Assembly (NCBI GenBank): GCA_964247055.1
Contig: OZ176054.1
Span: 6,944,001 to 7,008,000 of the forward strand
Source: Paragordius varius
Lineage: Eukaryota > Animalia > Nematomorpha
Direction: 5' to 3'
DNA: 64,000 nt
The position numbers and the translations under genes were made by a program. Numbering within the stretch: position 1 is the stretch's first letter; each line of letters starts with the position of its first letter. The notes under the pieces are model-generated. The model did not search any database and was not told the DNA's origin. It was given only the letters and a program-made list of their open reading frames with translations. Below are positions 26,158 to 37,961 of this stretch, piece after piece.

Positions 26158-29100
26158 GGAATGAACTTGGGTCGTTGTGAAATTAAAAAAGCTCACATTA
26201 AAGATTTCTATTTTTAAAACGCGCGTTTCAAAAATTAAAAGTCATCTAAATTGTTTTTTTGCCATTGAAGTTGCTATTATTGATTCCATTTAAATTGTTA
26301 TATACCATTTGAAATTCAAATTTACCATTGACTAATTCTAATTCACCCTAAAAATACATTATGTATTTTAGAGCTAATATAATCTTTATTAATATGATAG
26401 ATATTTTTATGGCTTAGTTTATTTATTTTTCAGTATAATCTTAATTTTAAGCAGAATTTCATTTAAAAATATATTTAAGATACAGGTAATTTTTCAAAAA
26501 ACACATAATTTATTTTAGGGTGAATTTTGTTCAAAGGTGAATTTGAAGTGTAAATGATATATTAAAAAATTTTTTGGTCAGTATTTTACGCATTGTGAGT
26601 GTACTAATACTATCTGTTCTTATTATTACATATTAAACTTGGGATATTAATTATATTTATACTAATCCTTTTTTTTATTTTTTAGTTTGCTCCTACAATG
26701 CTGCTAATCTACCTACACATTTAGCATACAATGGGTTCATCGATTATAAAATTTTGAAAATTAATATTGACAATAAAGAAATATGTCACCACACCACCAC
26801 TTGTTCATTATTTTCGAGCGTTTGTTTAAGACTTGTGAATGCATTTTTTGCATTTCTCTCCTTCCCTAATTTGGTAAGGATTGCGGCTTCTCGTCAATTT
26901 TTACCCTTTTTTGCCGCCGCCGCCGCCAATTCTTATCAAATTGATCAAAAGGGGAAACTTGTTAAACATGTGAATCATGATGGGATGATTACATCTTTGA
27001 CAAAAACTGAATGTGATAAACTGTTTGCATATTTATTGCAAACGCCTAAAACACCACCAGACAAAATGGCGAATACTCAGTTTATGGATTGGCGTAGCAC
27101 GAAAAACAATCCATTTTTCACCAATTTGGGTATAAGTTCAACCATTATACAGCAGCAATATTTGAAAATCGCAAGATTTTATGGTTATGACGAGGACGAA
27201 GATATAAATGATGCCCAAAGCGAAAACAGTGAATCTTTATCTAAAACTGCAGGAGGCCAAAGGCATGTGGAAAAACTCCAATTTTCAGATCTTTTAAACA
27301 GCAAAGTTAGTCAAACACTTAAAGCTCAAACTAAACCGGCTGATCGCCCATATGCTCAAAAAGACAACACTTTTCGTGTCAAGGTTGGGTAGTTTTTTAT
27401 TTGTTAAGTTTTAACAGTTTTTTGTTGTAATATAGAGGAATAATTAGCATTGGATTAGATATTATGACGCTCTGACTGGTTTTAAATACATTATTTACCG
27501 TGACTGTGAGCGGTTTAATTGGTTGAAAGATTTAAACATATGTTTATCACATAAAATTATTATGTAATATTTAAATTTGTTATCAAACGATAAAATTTCG
27601 GAAATTATTTTTGTTAATCGTTAGAGGATTATAGATACTGTAGAAACCATTTTCATTCAATATTTTTGGATTGATTTACAAACCAAATTACATTTTAAGT
27701 ATTAATAAATATTCATAAGAAGTTAGACCAAATCTCCGTCAAAAATCTTACCTTAGTAGATTGAATGATGTAAAATGTGGAATCGAATTACATATATCTT
27801 ATGTAATACTTTTTCTTTTTAATTCAAAGAAAAATTTATTTTGCAAATTAAAATATTGCAGGGTTCGTATGAATAAAAATATTATTAATATTATTATCTT
27901 TTCCTATATATCACGAAATTATTTTTTAATTTCCCTTTAGTTAAAACCAAAAATTCAAGAGATTTCAGCAATATACGAGGCTGAAGATTTTAGGCTTGAG
28001 CTGGAAATAAAATTTGCACCCAACAATCTGTATCCATACGTCCCTTGTTCCCTGCAAATCATTGATTTTGCTAATCCAACGCTCACAGACTCGCTGTATG
28101 TTAATACTTGGGCTCGAGACTCTACTACAGCACCCAGGAAGGTTAAAGCTGTTTCCAACACCTCCTCTTCTGGTAGTTCCAAGGGTGGAAAAATACCCAT
28201 ATCTACCCTGAGACATTGGCTTTTACAAATGAACATTATGATAAATACGGTGAGTGTTTTAAGTTATATTTTAACTTTTCTACAATCGATTTACTGTAAT
28301 ACTTGGATTTTTTTCTTAATAATATTACAAACATGGTTTTCTAATTTCATTTTTAATCTAGTATATTTTAGTTTATGTTTTTATTATATTTTACCTTTTG
28401 ACAAAGATTCCGTGTAGTAATCGAAATTTTATGCTTTAAATATATTAAATAATTGTTGATATAAATAATTCCATTAATAAAATTACCAACTATTGTAAAT
28501 GTTTTGTATATAATTGGAATGATATAAAACCGGTTTTTTAATTACCCCAATTTACATTGTTGCGTCACACTGATAAGTGCTTTCAAACCAAATTTAATCT
28601 CCGATTATTAATGCTGAAGCTTTTCTATATTAATTTGTGTTTTAGTACAGCGTTTGTATTTCCTGTTAATTCACCTTATAAATAATCATATTTATTTCTA
28701 GTATGCCCACATATAATAAGGCAAATAGTTTAAAAAAGTACAAACATCATTTTTAAACCTATTAATCTAATTACTCATCGTTTTGAGATGTAAAAGATGG
28801 ATAAATATAATTGGCAATACAAAGATATATTTAAAATTGTAATTACAGTATGCATTTGTGTGCTTATTTCATACTATAGTTGGGTGATTTTCAACATAGT
28901 AGTGTATGGAAAAACAACAAAATGTTGAATTAACAATTTTTTCCTTTCTTTTTTTTCATATACGACTGTGTTGCAAACCCAACCATAAATGGAAATAAGC
29001 AACCATTAAAATATATATATTGTTTATGCAATGAAAATTAAGGTTTAAAAAGGTAGGTTCTTTCTTTTCAACAAATTTGTCTTTTAGTTTTTTTACTTCT

Positions 29101-29910
29101 TGTCTTTATAAGTATATTATGTACCTTAATAGCATGGTGACATTCTCCAAGGACTTCAATATTGGCACCGTAGTGTAGAACGGTATCTATCGGGTGCTTG
29201 TACTTGTATGATATGTTTTAGCATAATTAATCCCAAAGATTATAAGGCAAATGTAACTGCTACAACTCCATCTGGCACACTACTTAGTCACAATAAAATG
29301 TATAATGTGGTGAAATATGGATGCTCGCAATGCAAAAATAGATATCATCCAGCTTGTTTGGTTTATGATTAAATATTTTACTCTCAAATAGTTGGTTTCT
29401 CAACTTTTGTCATTATGTTAAAAATCAAATTTTTTTTGATTAAATGGTATATGGAGGAAAAAATAAAATTATAAAATCTAAAACGTAAAAACTGAGAGAC
29501 AAATTTTTGTGTATAAAATAAATTATATTTTAAACCAATTTTTAAAATTATTACCTATTGTTGTCGGTTGCAAAATAGGGAAATTTTAATTGCTAACACA
29601 CTCAATCAAATTTTTGTAATTGTAATCATTTAGGTCATAAAAAATATTAACGTTAAAGAGTATGGCTGATTATTGGTTTTACGTTTTGTCCTTATAATTT
29701 AAATTTTTACTGGAAATATCGTAAGTAATTTGTTTAAAATGTATGGATTTTTTTGCCAAAATATATATAATTATTTTATACTGAAAATTGAAAATAGGGT
29801 GTTGTAAACCAAAATTGTATATATATATTCAATATTATTTTCATTTACAGTATAAATGGTTCAAAACAAGTCAGAATACAACATGTCCCCTATGTCGAAG
29901 CAAGTTGTGA
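15239..29910 (+). CDS. LTN1: E3 ubiquitin ligase listerin, multi-exon (roughly 18-20 exons)
   Basis: N-terminus MVKGQSHRVKGNVK|PSSS...GFIGF...LRKLGKKDVNTKVK|ALEE matches the listerin N-terminal domain. Exon 27941-28249 is RWD-like (EISAIYEAEDFRLELEI...RHWLLQM). Exons 29133-29360 and 29851-29910 give the C4HC3 RING (CMIC..CSQC..HPAC|..CPLC) and stop. Large middle exons lie in ORFs 19557, 20530, 22073, 23690, 25227 and 26754; their boundaries are approximate. Confidence 0.93.
15281..15306 (+). other. 26-nt intron (LTN1 intron 1)
   Basis: GTTTGT...AAATAG; removal restores GNVK-PSSS as in listerin (GNLRPSNS-like). Confidence 0.85.
15484..15508 (+). other. 25-nt intron (LTN1 intron 2)
   Basis: GTTATT...TTTTAG; removal gives TKVK-ALEEI (TKLKAMQE-like) and an open frame. 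Confidence 0.85.
15608..15629 (+). other. 22-nt intron (LTN1 intron 3)
   Basis: GTTAGT...TTTTAG; removal gives LLF-HSDLSIRE (DHDRRVRE-like) in frame with ORF 15690. Confidence 0.82.
24842..25198. mobile_element. MITE family C in a LTN1 intron; shorter relative at 28879-28983
   Basis: Inverted ends GTTGGCCGATTGGCAACACAG / CTGTGTTACCAATTGGCCAAC. Shared internal AACAAAATGTTGAA with the 28.9 kb copy. Confidence 0.65.
26114..26152. repeat. (AT)n microsatellite, about 19 units
   Basis: Direct reading. Confidence 0.95.
26305..26557. mobile_element. MITE family B, copy 2
   Basis: TA|CCATTTG...AAATGA|TA; AATTCACCCTAAAA / TTTTAGGGTGAATT subterminal inverted motifs. Confidence 0.72.
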
Positions 29911-30185
29911 AAAAAATGCAATTATATATAATTATCTTATTTAAATACCATTATGACATATTATTTTCAATAAATGACACCATTACGACCTTTTTGGAGA
30001 TTTTGCAATTATTATAGATAATGTCATTTACGTCTTAATTTTATCTCCTTTTTTCCATTTAACCCTGCGTGCATTTTATTATATACCATGCCAAATTTAA
30101 GTAGCCAGAACAAACATGTCATTGTAGTATAGTATATAAGACTTGATTTACGATAAAATCGGAGGTTCCCGTTTTTAAACATATA

Positions 30186-30450
30186 CCATTTACACCTCAA
30201 ATTCACCCTTCAACACTTCAAATTCCTTAACCATTAAAATAAACCCTTAAACTTTTTAAATTTATCTAAAAAATAATTGTATCTTTGAGCTAATCAATTG
30301 GTATAAAATTTATCTTTATATGGCATGATTTATCATTTATATATCTATTATATTAGTTTCATTTTTTAAAATTTTAAATTTATAAAAACTTATTTATATT
30401 TAGGTTGAGTTTGATTTGTTTGAGGCTTAATTTGAATAATTAAATTGGGG
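30186..30450. mobile_element. MITE family B, copy 3 (degraded right end)
   Basis: TA|CCATTTACACCTCAAATTCACCCTT start; right end degenerate. Confidence 0.55.
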
Positions 30451-30469
30451 TATCGAAATTTATCTAGGT

Positions 30470-30877
30470 ATACCTTATAACCTTTTTACTTGTTTGCCTA
30501 GTTTACATTTGGGGGAGTTTTATCGAGCTCAATTTTGTAAATAAACTACAGTTTGAAAGTTAATACAAATTAAATTTAATTATCAAACATTTCTCATGTA
30601 TTTGATAAAAAAGCTTTTATTTTTATTGTTTTGTCTTGAGTCTAAAATTGGGACAGCTCCAAAACATGATTGAAACAAACAGCTGATATTAAAATCAAGA
30701 TATATAAAGTTTTTTCATGGTAGTCTGAAGCTTTAAAATAAATTATTAAAATATTAGGTATAATGTGCATAAAAGATTTAGGAAAGCATATTTTTATCGG
30801 ATTTATACTTTACTTTTTAAGATACTCAAATTTCAAATGGCTCTCGATATAATTTTAACCCAAAAGGTAATGGAGTG
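30470..30877. mobile_element. piggyBac-like MITE family D, degraded copy
   Basis: Shares GAGCTCAATTTTGTAAATAAACTACAG, CTAAAATTGGGACAG and the terminus CAAAAGGTAATGGAGTG|TTAA with 53110-53618. Confidence 0.75.
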
Positions 30878-31561
30878 TTAAAATAAGTAAAATCAACTAT
30901 TTTTAAATGATTTATTATATTTCGGTTCATTAAAGTTATGTAAATGCAATCTTTTGCCATGGTTTAATTCTATGCATATTTTTGAAATATTTAATTTAAA
31001 CAGGTCTAGAGTACCCAACGACCCCATTTTTCTAAATACTGAAATGAATGTGTTGTATCAAAGTGTTAAGGGTGATTGGTGTTATATTAGTAAATCTGTC
31101 TATATAAGTATATATTGTCATACAATTCAAGTTGTCTGGCTATTATCGTATGTTTTGCAATCACAGTTAATTTTGTGACGGAATACTATTATAATATATC
31201 TTAAGTATTAATCTTTATTATGGTGACATATTGTCTCCTTAAAAAAAGGAATATATTAAATCTCGGCTCATTTAAAATTTAAGTAAGTTATATGATAAAA
31301 ACAAAATTTTACATTTGGCACACTATGATTTATAAATTATCAATATTATCGAAATATCATTTACCGGAACGATTTAAAATATGAAAATATTAAAAATTAT
31401 GCTTCTCTTTCTGTGAATTTGGCAAAATCGAATTATCTTAAAAACCTTGAACGTATTTTTGATTAAATCATTACAAACCTTGCAAAAAAAATATAAAATC
31501 AAAAAATAAAAAATTATTTTTAACAAGCTTAATTTACGTTTTTAAGTTAAACACCGACCAC

Positions 31562-34500
31562 ATGGATATCCAGGTTGTTCAAAAATAAATATTTAGGTGT
31601 ATAAATATTTTGAAAGCCTTAAAAAAGATCCAAATTATAGGAACAAATGTTTGGAAATTTTGAATTCATCAGAGAGGTTATATAATTATAATTGTGTAGT
31701 GGAGATGAAATATTGTTCCTCTGTTTCAACATATTACAATCGAATATCAATAATGAAAACAGTGATTGCATTAAAGAATTATCACAAAAATTGTTAGAAT
31801 GGTTTTCTTTCCGTGTAAATAATGGCTCAATTTTACCCTTTCATGTTAAAAATAAATTTGCTCAACTATATACCACATTATTTTATAAGGATTATTTAAA
31901 TTCTGATTCTGCCGTTTTTGAATATCTTTTTAAATATTTTGGCCAAAATGCATTTCAATCTCCTCCTTCATCACAAAGCATTCAAATTATTGACATATAT
32001 TTGCGCATCATAATGGCTATTCATACTGACATTGTTGATAAAACCTATAATCACGATTCCCAAACTCAGATAAAAACGTCGCTTATTAAAGACAAATTAA
32101 GATTAAATGATAATTCAAGGCTGATATCTTCCTTATACCAAATTATAGTAATATTATTATTAATAGATTTTAGATTTTAAAATTATAAGAATTTTAGATT
32201 TTTATTCAATAATATACGCATATTATTACTATTATTTAAAGTTTATCATGTTTTATGTAAATTATTCCTTTAAAAATATATCACATTCGCTTAACCCTAA
32301 CATTATTTCCAAATTACATTTAGAATAACTTGATTGATGCAAACACCAATTCAAATATAACTGCTCTCGGCTCACAAACCACGCAAAATGAAACAATTAA
32401 CTCAATAATCGCTAAAGCTTTTGAATGTATAGGTCTTTTCTCGAGTTGGGTCGATATAACATTGTGTGTTAACGATCAAATTGTTGCTTTTATTAATACG
32501 AAATGCCTTAAACCGGTTCTTAAATCCTTTTTGGACGAAAGTGAATTAATTTCCCTTAATATATAAAGGAATTATTATTATAATGACAACACATAAAAAT
32601 TTAAAGTCATAATTTTTATTAAAGAAATTTTAAAACATTTTTATATAATAATCGTTTGGGGTGCGAAAGGGGTTTGAGTTACGAATTTAATTTTTACAAT
32701 CATCATATGTAAAAATAAAGATAAAATATTTGTTATAAATATTTTATATGTTTTGTCTTTTTAATTTTATACCATATTTTTTTCATTGATTATAAGCATT
32801 AAATTTTAATAAATATTATAATACGATTAATATAAATATATTGAAATGTCAATATGGATTTTATTGCCTTAAAATTTAAAAAACACCAGACAAATTTTGA
32901 TAATGTTTTGTTTGGCGTTTTTTGGGTTTGCTATATATACCATTCATAATACATCTTTGAACAATTCAAATTCACCCTAAAAATAATTTATGGGGTTTCG
33001 GGCTTCAAACAAATTTTTGAAACTTATGTGTATATCATGTTTTGTATGTTAGAATTAAAGATCATACATATCCTTATGATTTATTTATAGAACCATCTTC
33101 TTTTATTCCATCGACGCACTTTTCAATAGCCAATGCAAGTTTAAAATTTATCAAAGAATTGTTGAACAAAAAAATGGAACCAATACCAAAGCTGCAATAT
33201 TTGGATTTTTTATGGATTTCTTTTGCTGACACGTCTCAAAGGGAAACTACAACATTTTTTCACCTTAAACAGACCGAATTACAAACACTGGCTAATTGTA
33301 TAATAAATCAATCGACTGAGGAATTTACCATTAAAGCTATGGTTTGTTTGATATTAATTTTGGCTTAGTTTCTTGTGTATCGAAATTGATAGGATATGTA
33401 GATAAATTATTTACATAATTTCAAACTTTCTTGACCGTTTAGTTGGGGTATTTTTGTGTGTTAAATAGAAATATATAAACGATATTCATTATCTAATAAT
33501 ATTAAGTTAATTAGGTAAAATCCTCAATTGGTTATCAGAAAAAAAATGTAATGCAAAATTATTACTATTTATACAATCCTTTATAAATTAAATTATAACT
33601 TTAATAAAGAAAACCAAATGACTTCCAAAAAATAATATGTTTCGATCTTGCTTTATTTGCAACATAGCCCTTATTTTTGCTGAGAACTAGTACTTTTTTC
33701 ACCTGTTAAATCTTAATAAAGTCCATTTAACCAAATCGTGTATTATTTAATTATATAATTTATTTAACATCATGTTATTGTTAAATATAACTTGTGTTTT
33801 TTTATTTTTTAGGCAGAATTTCTTCGACTAAGATCGGAATTGTTTGATTCTTTTGGAGTACACTACATTACCGCTTGGAGTAGGTAAAATGTGTTTGTAT
33901 TTTATATCAAAATTTAAGTTATGTAATAATTAATAACCCAAATAATATATATTATTTACGTAAATATTTCATAATTAAAATTTTAACTCTTTAACCGCTC
34001 TTATCAACTCCAATTTTTATTTTTAACGTTTTTTAATCCCCCTTTATCAAGATTTTGTTTTTGAAATTCATTTACTATACTGGCCGTTTTAAATAATTAA
34101 TTTACAAATTTGCCAGATTTAAAATAAACTTTTTTAAATATCTTTGCCAGATTGCATTTAAAATAAATAAAATTTTTATTTTTATTGGCTGAAAGCTAAA
34201 ATATAAAAGTTACTTATTTATAGTCAAAGATATTTTCCCTTACTGTATTGCTATCTATGGCAGGCAATATTCAATGAAAAAACTTTTTTTCTAGTCTGGC
34301 ATGTTTGCCTAATTTGATATATAAACATAGCATGTGTCAAAAATACACTGCTTGTAAAATATCGCCAGGTAGCATTTACCGTAAAGAGTAAATACCATTT
34401 ACATTTTAAATTTACCCTTGAACAATTCAAATTTACCCTGAAAGAAATTATGTGTTTTTTAAGATTAAAAATTGCCTAAAATTTTTAATATTTTTAAAAA

Positions 34501-37500
34501 ATAAAATTACGTTTAAAATTAATATAAAAGTGAAAAAATAATAAACTATGCCATTGAGTTATATTAGCCCGAAACACATAATTTATTTTTAAGGTTTCGA
34601 TGAATTGAAGTTTGAATCGTTTAAGGATTTTAAATTGTAAATGGTATATTATAAGGTAAAAGCAATATGCACTAACTATTGCCAACCATATGCATACAAC
34701 TAGCAATTATTCTATACATATTGTTTATTTTAAACATATATAATATAGGCTTCTTAAACTGAAGGATGGTAACTCAATTCCACCTAATAACGTAACAACT
34801 AATAAAATACCTCCAGCTTATCCAAATTATCCTTGGGCAACTCCATCTATTGCCTCATCCAATCTCAATGTCGACGAAATCGAACATCAATTAACTTTTG
34901 TTTTACAGCAAAGTATTTTGCCTAAAATTGAAATTTTATTACAAAACTTGATCCTTACATGTGAATTTTTCGAACAACTCTCTGGTTATGTTCCTGATAC
35001 GACCAAAATTCTTCTCATTATCTATTTTGTCTGCTGTAAAGATAGTGTTGAATGTCTAACCGGATTTTTAAACGAATACCTTGTTACGATTCTTAAGCCT
35101 TTAACCAATGAATTGAGGAATTCTGACGACAATATGACACAAAATAAGGCTGGTATTCTAAATGGAATAATTGCCAAAGAAACCAACATATCCTTATCCA
35201 ATGGAGGAAAGAAAAAGGAAGGTCTTATCAAAAATTATTTGTGCTCAAATCAAACTGGTCAGTGTATCATTGATGTCCAGACTCAAATAGATGTAAATCT
35301 TATTTTTTTAAAGAGGAATTATATTCATGAGGTATTATGAATTGTGGGCCAAAAATAGGTAAGCAAGACTGTAACATTTATCTTGAAGGCTGACAAAACA
35401 CTAGTAAAATAATACGTTAAAAATATTAAATGAGAACGTTGGGCAATTTTTATTTTCCACCCAAGATTTGTTTTTTATTTTTTCAAGTTTGAATTATAGC
35501 GCAAACTTTATCTTAATTTTTTATGTGAAACAACATATTTTTACAAAAAAACAACAAAGAGAAAAAAATTTTACACGCCTAAATCATTTCAAGGTTACAA
35601 ACTGTGCCACATAATTCTGACACGAATTCGATTTTTCTATAAATACTATGGCTATACTCTATCAGCATTTGAAACATAAAATTTTTTGCAAAATTATAAT
35701 TTGGTCATATAGCCCTTTTCCTTAAATTTATTTTTTAATGTTCTTACCTAATACAAGGCTCTTTCCATTGCAGAATTACCTTTGGTTCTTTCTTTCAAAC
35801 TGTTTCTTTGTTGTAAATAAAATTGCCCTTTTTTACGCTTAACTTTAAATATAACTCATAGTAATGGGTCAATACGTGCCTAATATTAGTTTACAATATG
35901 AACTTGGCATAAATTTATAAAGTTATGTTAAAGGTATTTATTTTGGATTTTTCGCATTTCGCCAATATTTATAAAAAATTTATTCTGTTAATTAATGATA
36001 TGTTGCATTTTGACTTAAGCTACTTGTTTTCTTTACAACTTCGTTCATTTTTCAATAAAGACCAAACCACAAATTTTATCCAATATTACAGTATGAGTAT
36101 ATATATATATATATTGCTAGAAAGTTATTAATTAATTACTAAATAGTAAATACAACAAAGGGAAGTATTATTGGCTTGTAGTTATTTTTTCATTTTTTAC
36201 TAATACCATTTATCCTGCCCTTTGTTGTATTTACTATTTGGCAATAATTAATAAGTTTCTAGTAATATATACTTCTCATATTAGTATTATTATAAGAAAG
36301 TCACTTTAAAATGTTTTGTTAGGCCTGTATGTGCATTAAATTTAAAATTATTTCTCATGTTTAAATATGCGAATTGTGTAAAAAATGTTGTGTGTTGTCC
36401 TTAGAAAAATATGAACCTTTTACTATTTCTGTCTTAATGAACGTTATATCATAATTTTCAAGGTTTTGATAAAGGCTTTGGTTATTTTTGTCTTTGAAGT
36501 CGGAAACATCCATTTTTCCAATTTTTTTACTAATTTTATTAACTAAAATATCTATATAGCAATAATAATATTCAACAAAAAAATAAGTAAATTTATTATA
36601 ATTAATTAACTCAAACATAATTTATATTTTTTGTATATTATTATAGAAAATAGCTCAAATTATTGCTGCCAAATATCTATTACCTAATCACTTTTTTGTC
36701 CATGCGAATCCGAATGATACCAATACAGTAAAACTAATGGTTTTATTTATTATTTTTTAAATATTTTTTGAGGTTTTTTTCAAAAAAAAATATATATATA
36801 TTTAATAATATTTTAGTTAAATATACCAAACAGTCATGCTGAAATATTGGAACAACACAAAGAATGGAAAATGACGTTTACTCTACTGTCCAGCATTGTA
36901 AATATATTATTTTAATTATTAAGATAAGAACCAAAATTATTACACATTTATTCAAATTTCAATTAAATAATTTAGAATAGTTTTTATTTAGTGTAAAGTT
37001 ACACACACTATATTTCATTTTTTGCCGTGAAAATGACAGTAAAAGATGTATAATTTTGCAATATTTGATGCAACATTTAGGATTTTATACGCATTCTTAA
37101 TCTGTTTGAATCGCAAATATTGACGCCAACCCTTATGTCTTGGTCTCAATTAGTTGATAATCAAAAAAATCCTTCACAGTCTACTAATACCCTACCACCA
37201 TTTAATTTGTTGGAGCGAATGTTAGCTCTTTTCACCTCCATACTTGAATATTATATCGTAAGTATTATGATTAATTTATATACTAATGTAGTGTTTTGGG
37301 AAATTTGTTTATTAATTTATTTTAAATGATTAATTTTATTACAATAAATACCGAATCCATATTTATAGTATGGGTTGTGTGACAATGTTAAAAAATTTTT
37401 TGGAAGATTATATTAAAAAAATAAAACCTTTAACTAAAATTCAAATTAAAACCACAAAAAAACATTTTTATTTTCATAGGCCTACCTATTACAATTGATA

Positions 37501-37929
37501 AAAAAGTAAATCATTTAATATTGATTTCATTTCTCTACATTTTTTTATATATCAATCATTTTTTGTTATCGTTAACTTTAGTCCATTAAATCTCAATTAC
37601 AACCATATGCATCTAATACTTCACTCAATAATTTGCCCAAAACCGGCATAAATGATAGCACTCCAAATCAAAACTCAAATCAACTCAAATTGCACAAAGA
37701 TACCATTCAAAATACCATAACGAAACTTACACTGTTAATGTTGGAACAAAGAGATGCCATATGTAATGTTAACAAAGATAATCAAAATGGTATATTCATT
37801 TAATATTTTCTAAATTTAACTAAAAAATTTAATTTTAGACCTCCCCTCCTTATACCCCACTTTCATATATCTTTTTTGTATAAATGTATAGGAAATAATT
37901 AGGTTTTTATAAACCTTGCCAGAGGCATG

Positions 37930-37961
<32 letters not shown>

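Larger units (their letters stand above)
25974..26613. mobile_element. TIR-bounded non-autonomous element in a LTN1 intron, containing (AT)19 and a nested family B MITE
   Basis: ATAGTATAATTGTACTCTCAATGCGTAAAATA is inverted at 26582-26613 (TATTTTACGCATTGTGAGTGTACTAATACTAT). No TSD recognised. Confidence 0.65.

Noticed and set aside
27955-28236. Antisense and alternate-frame ORFs over the LTN1 RWD exon
   Set aside because: Shadows of a higher-GC coding exon; no independent motifs or splice signals.
35293-35313. Possible 21-nt intron GTAAAT...TTAAAG in XPOT
   Set aside because: In frame and stop-free, so it cannot be told from coding sequence without cDNA; excluded from the microintron set. 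If real it would be a GTA, 3n counter-example.
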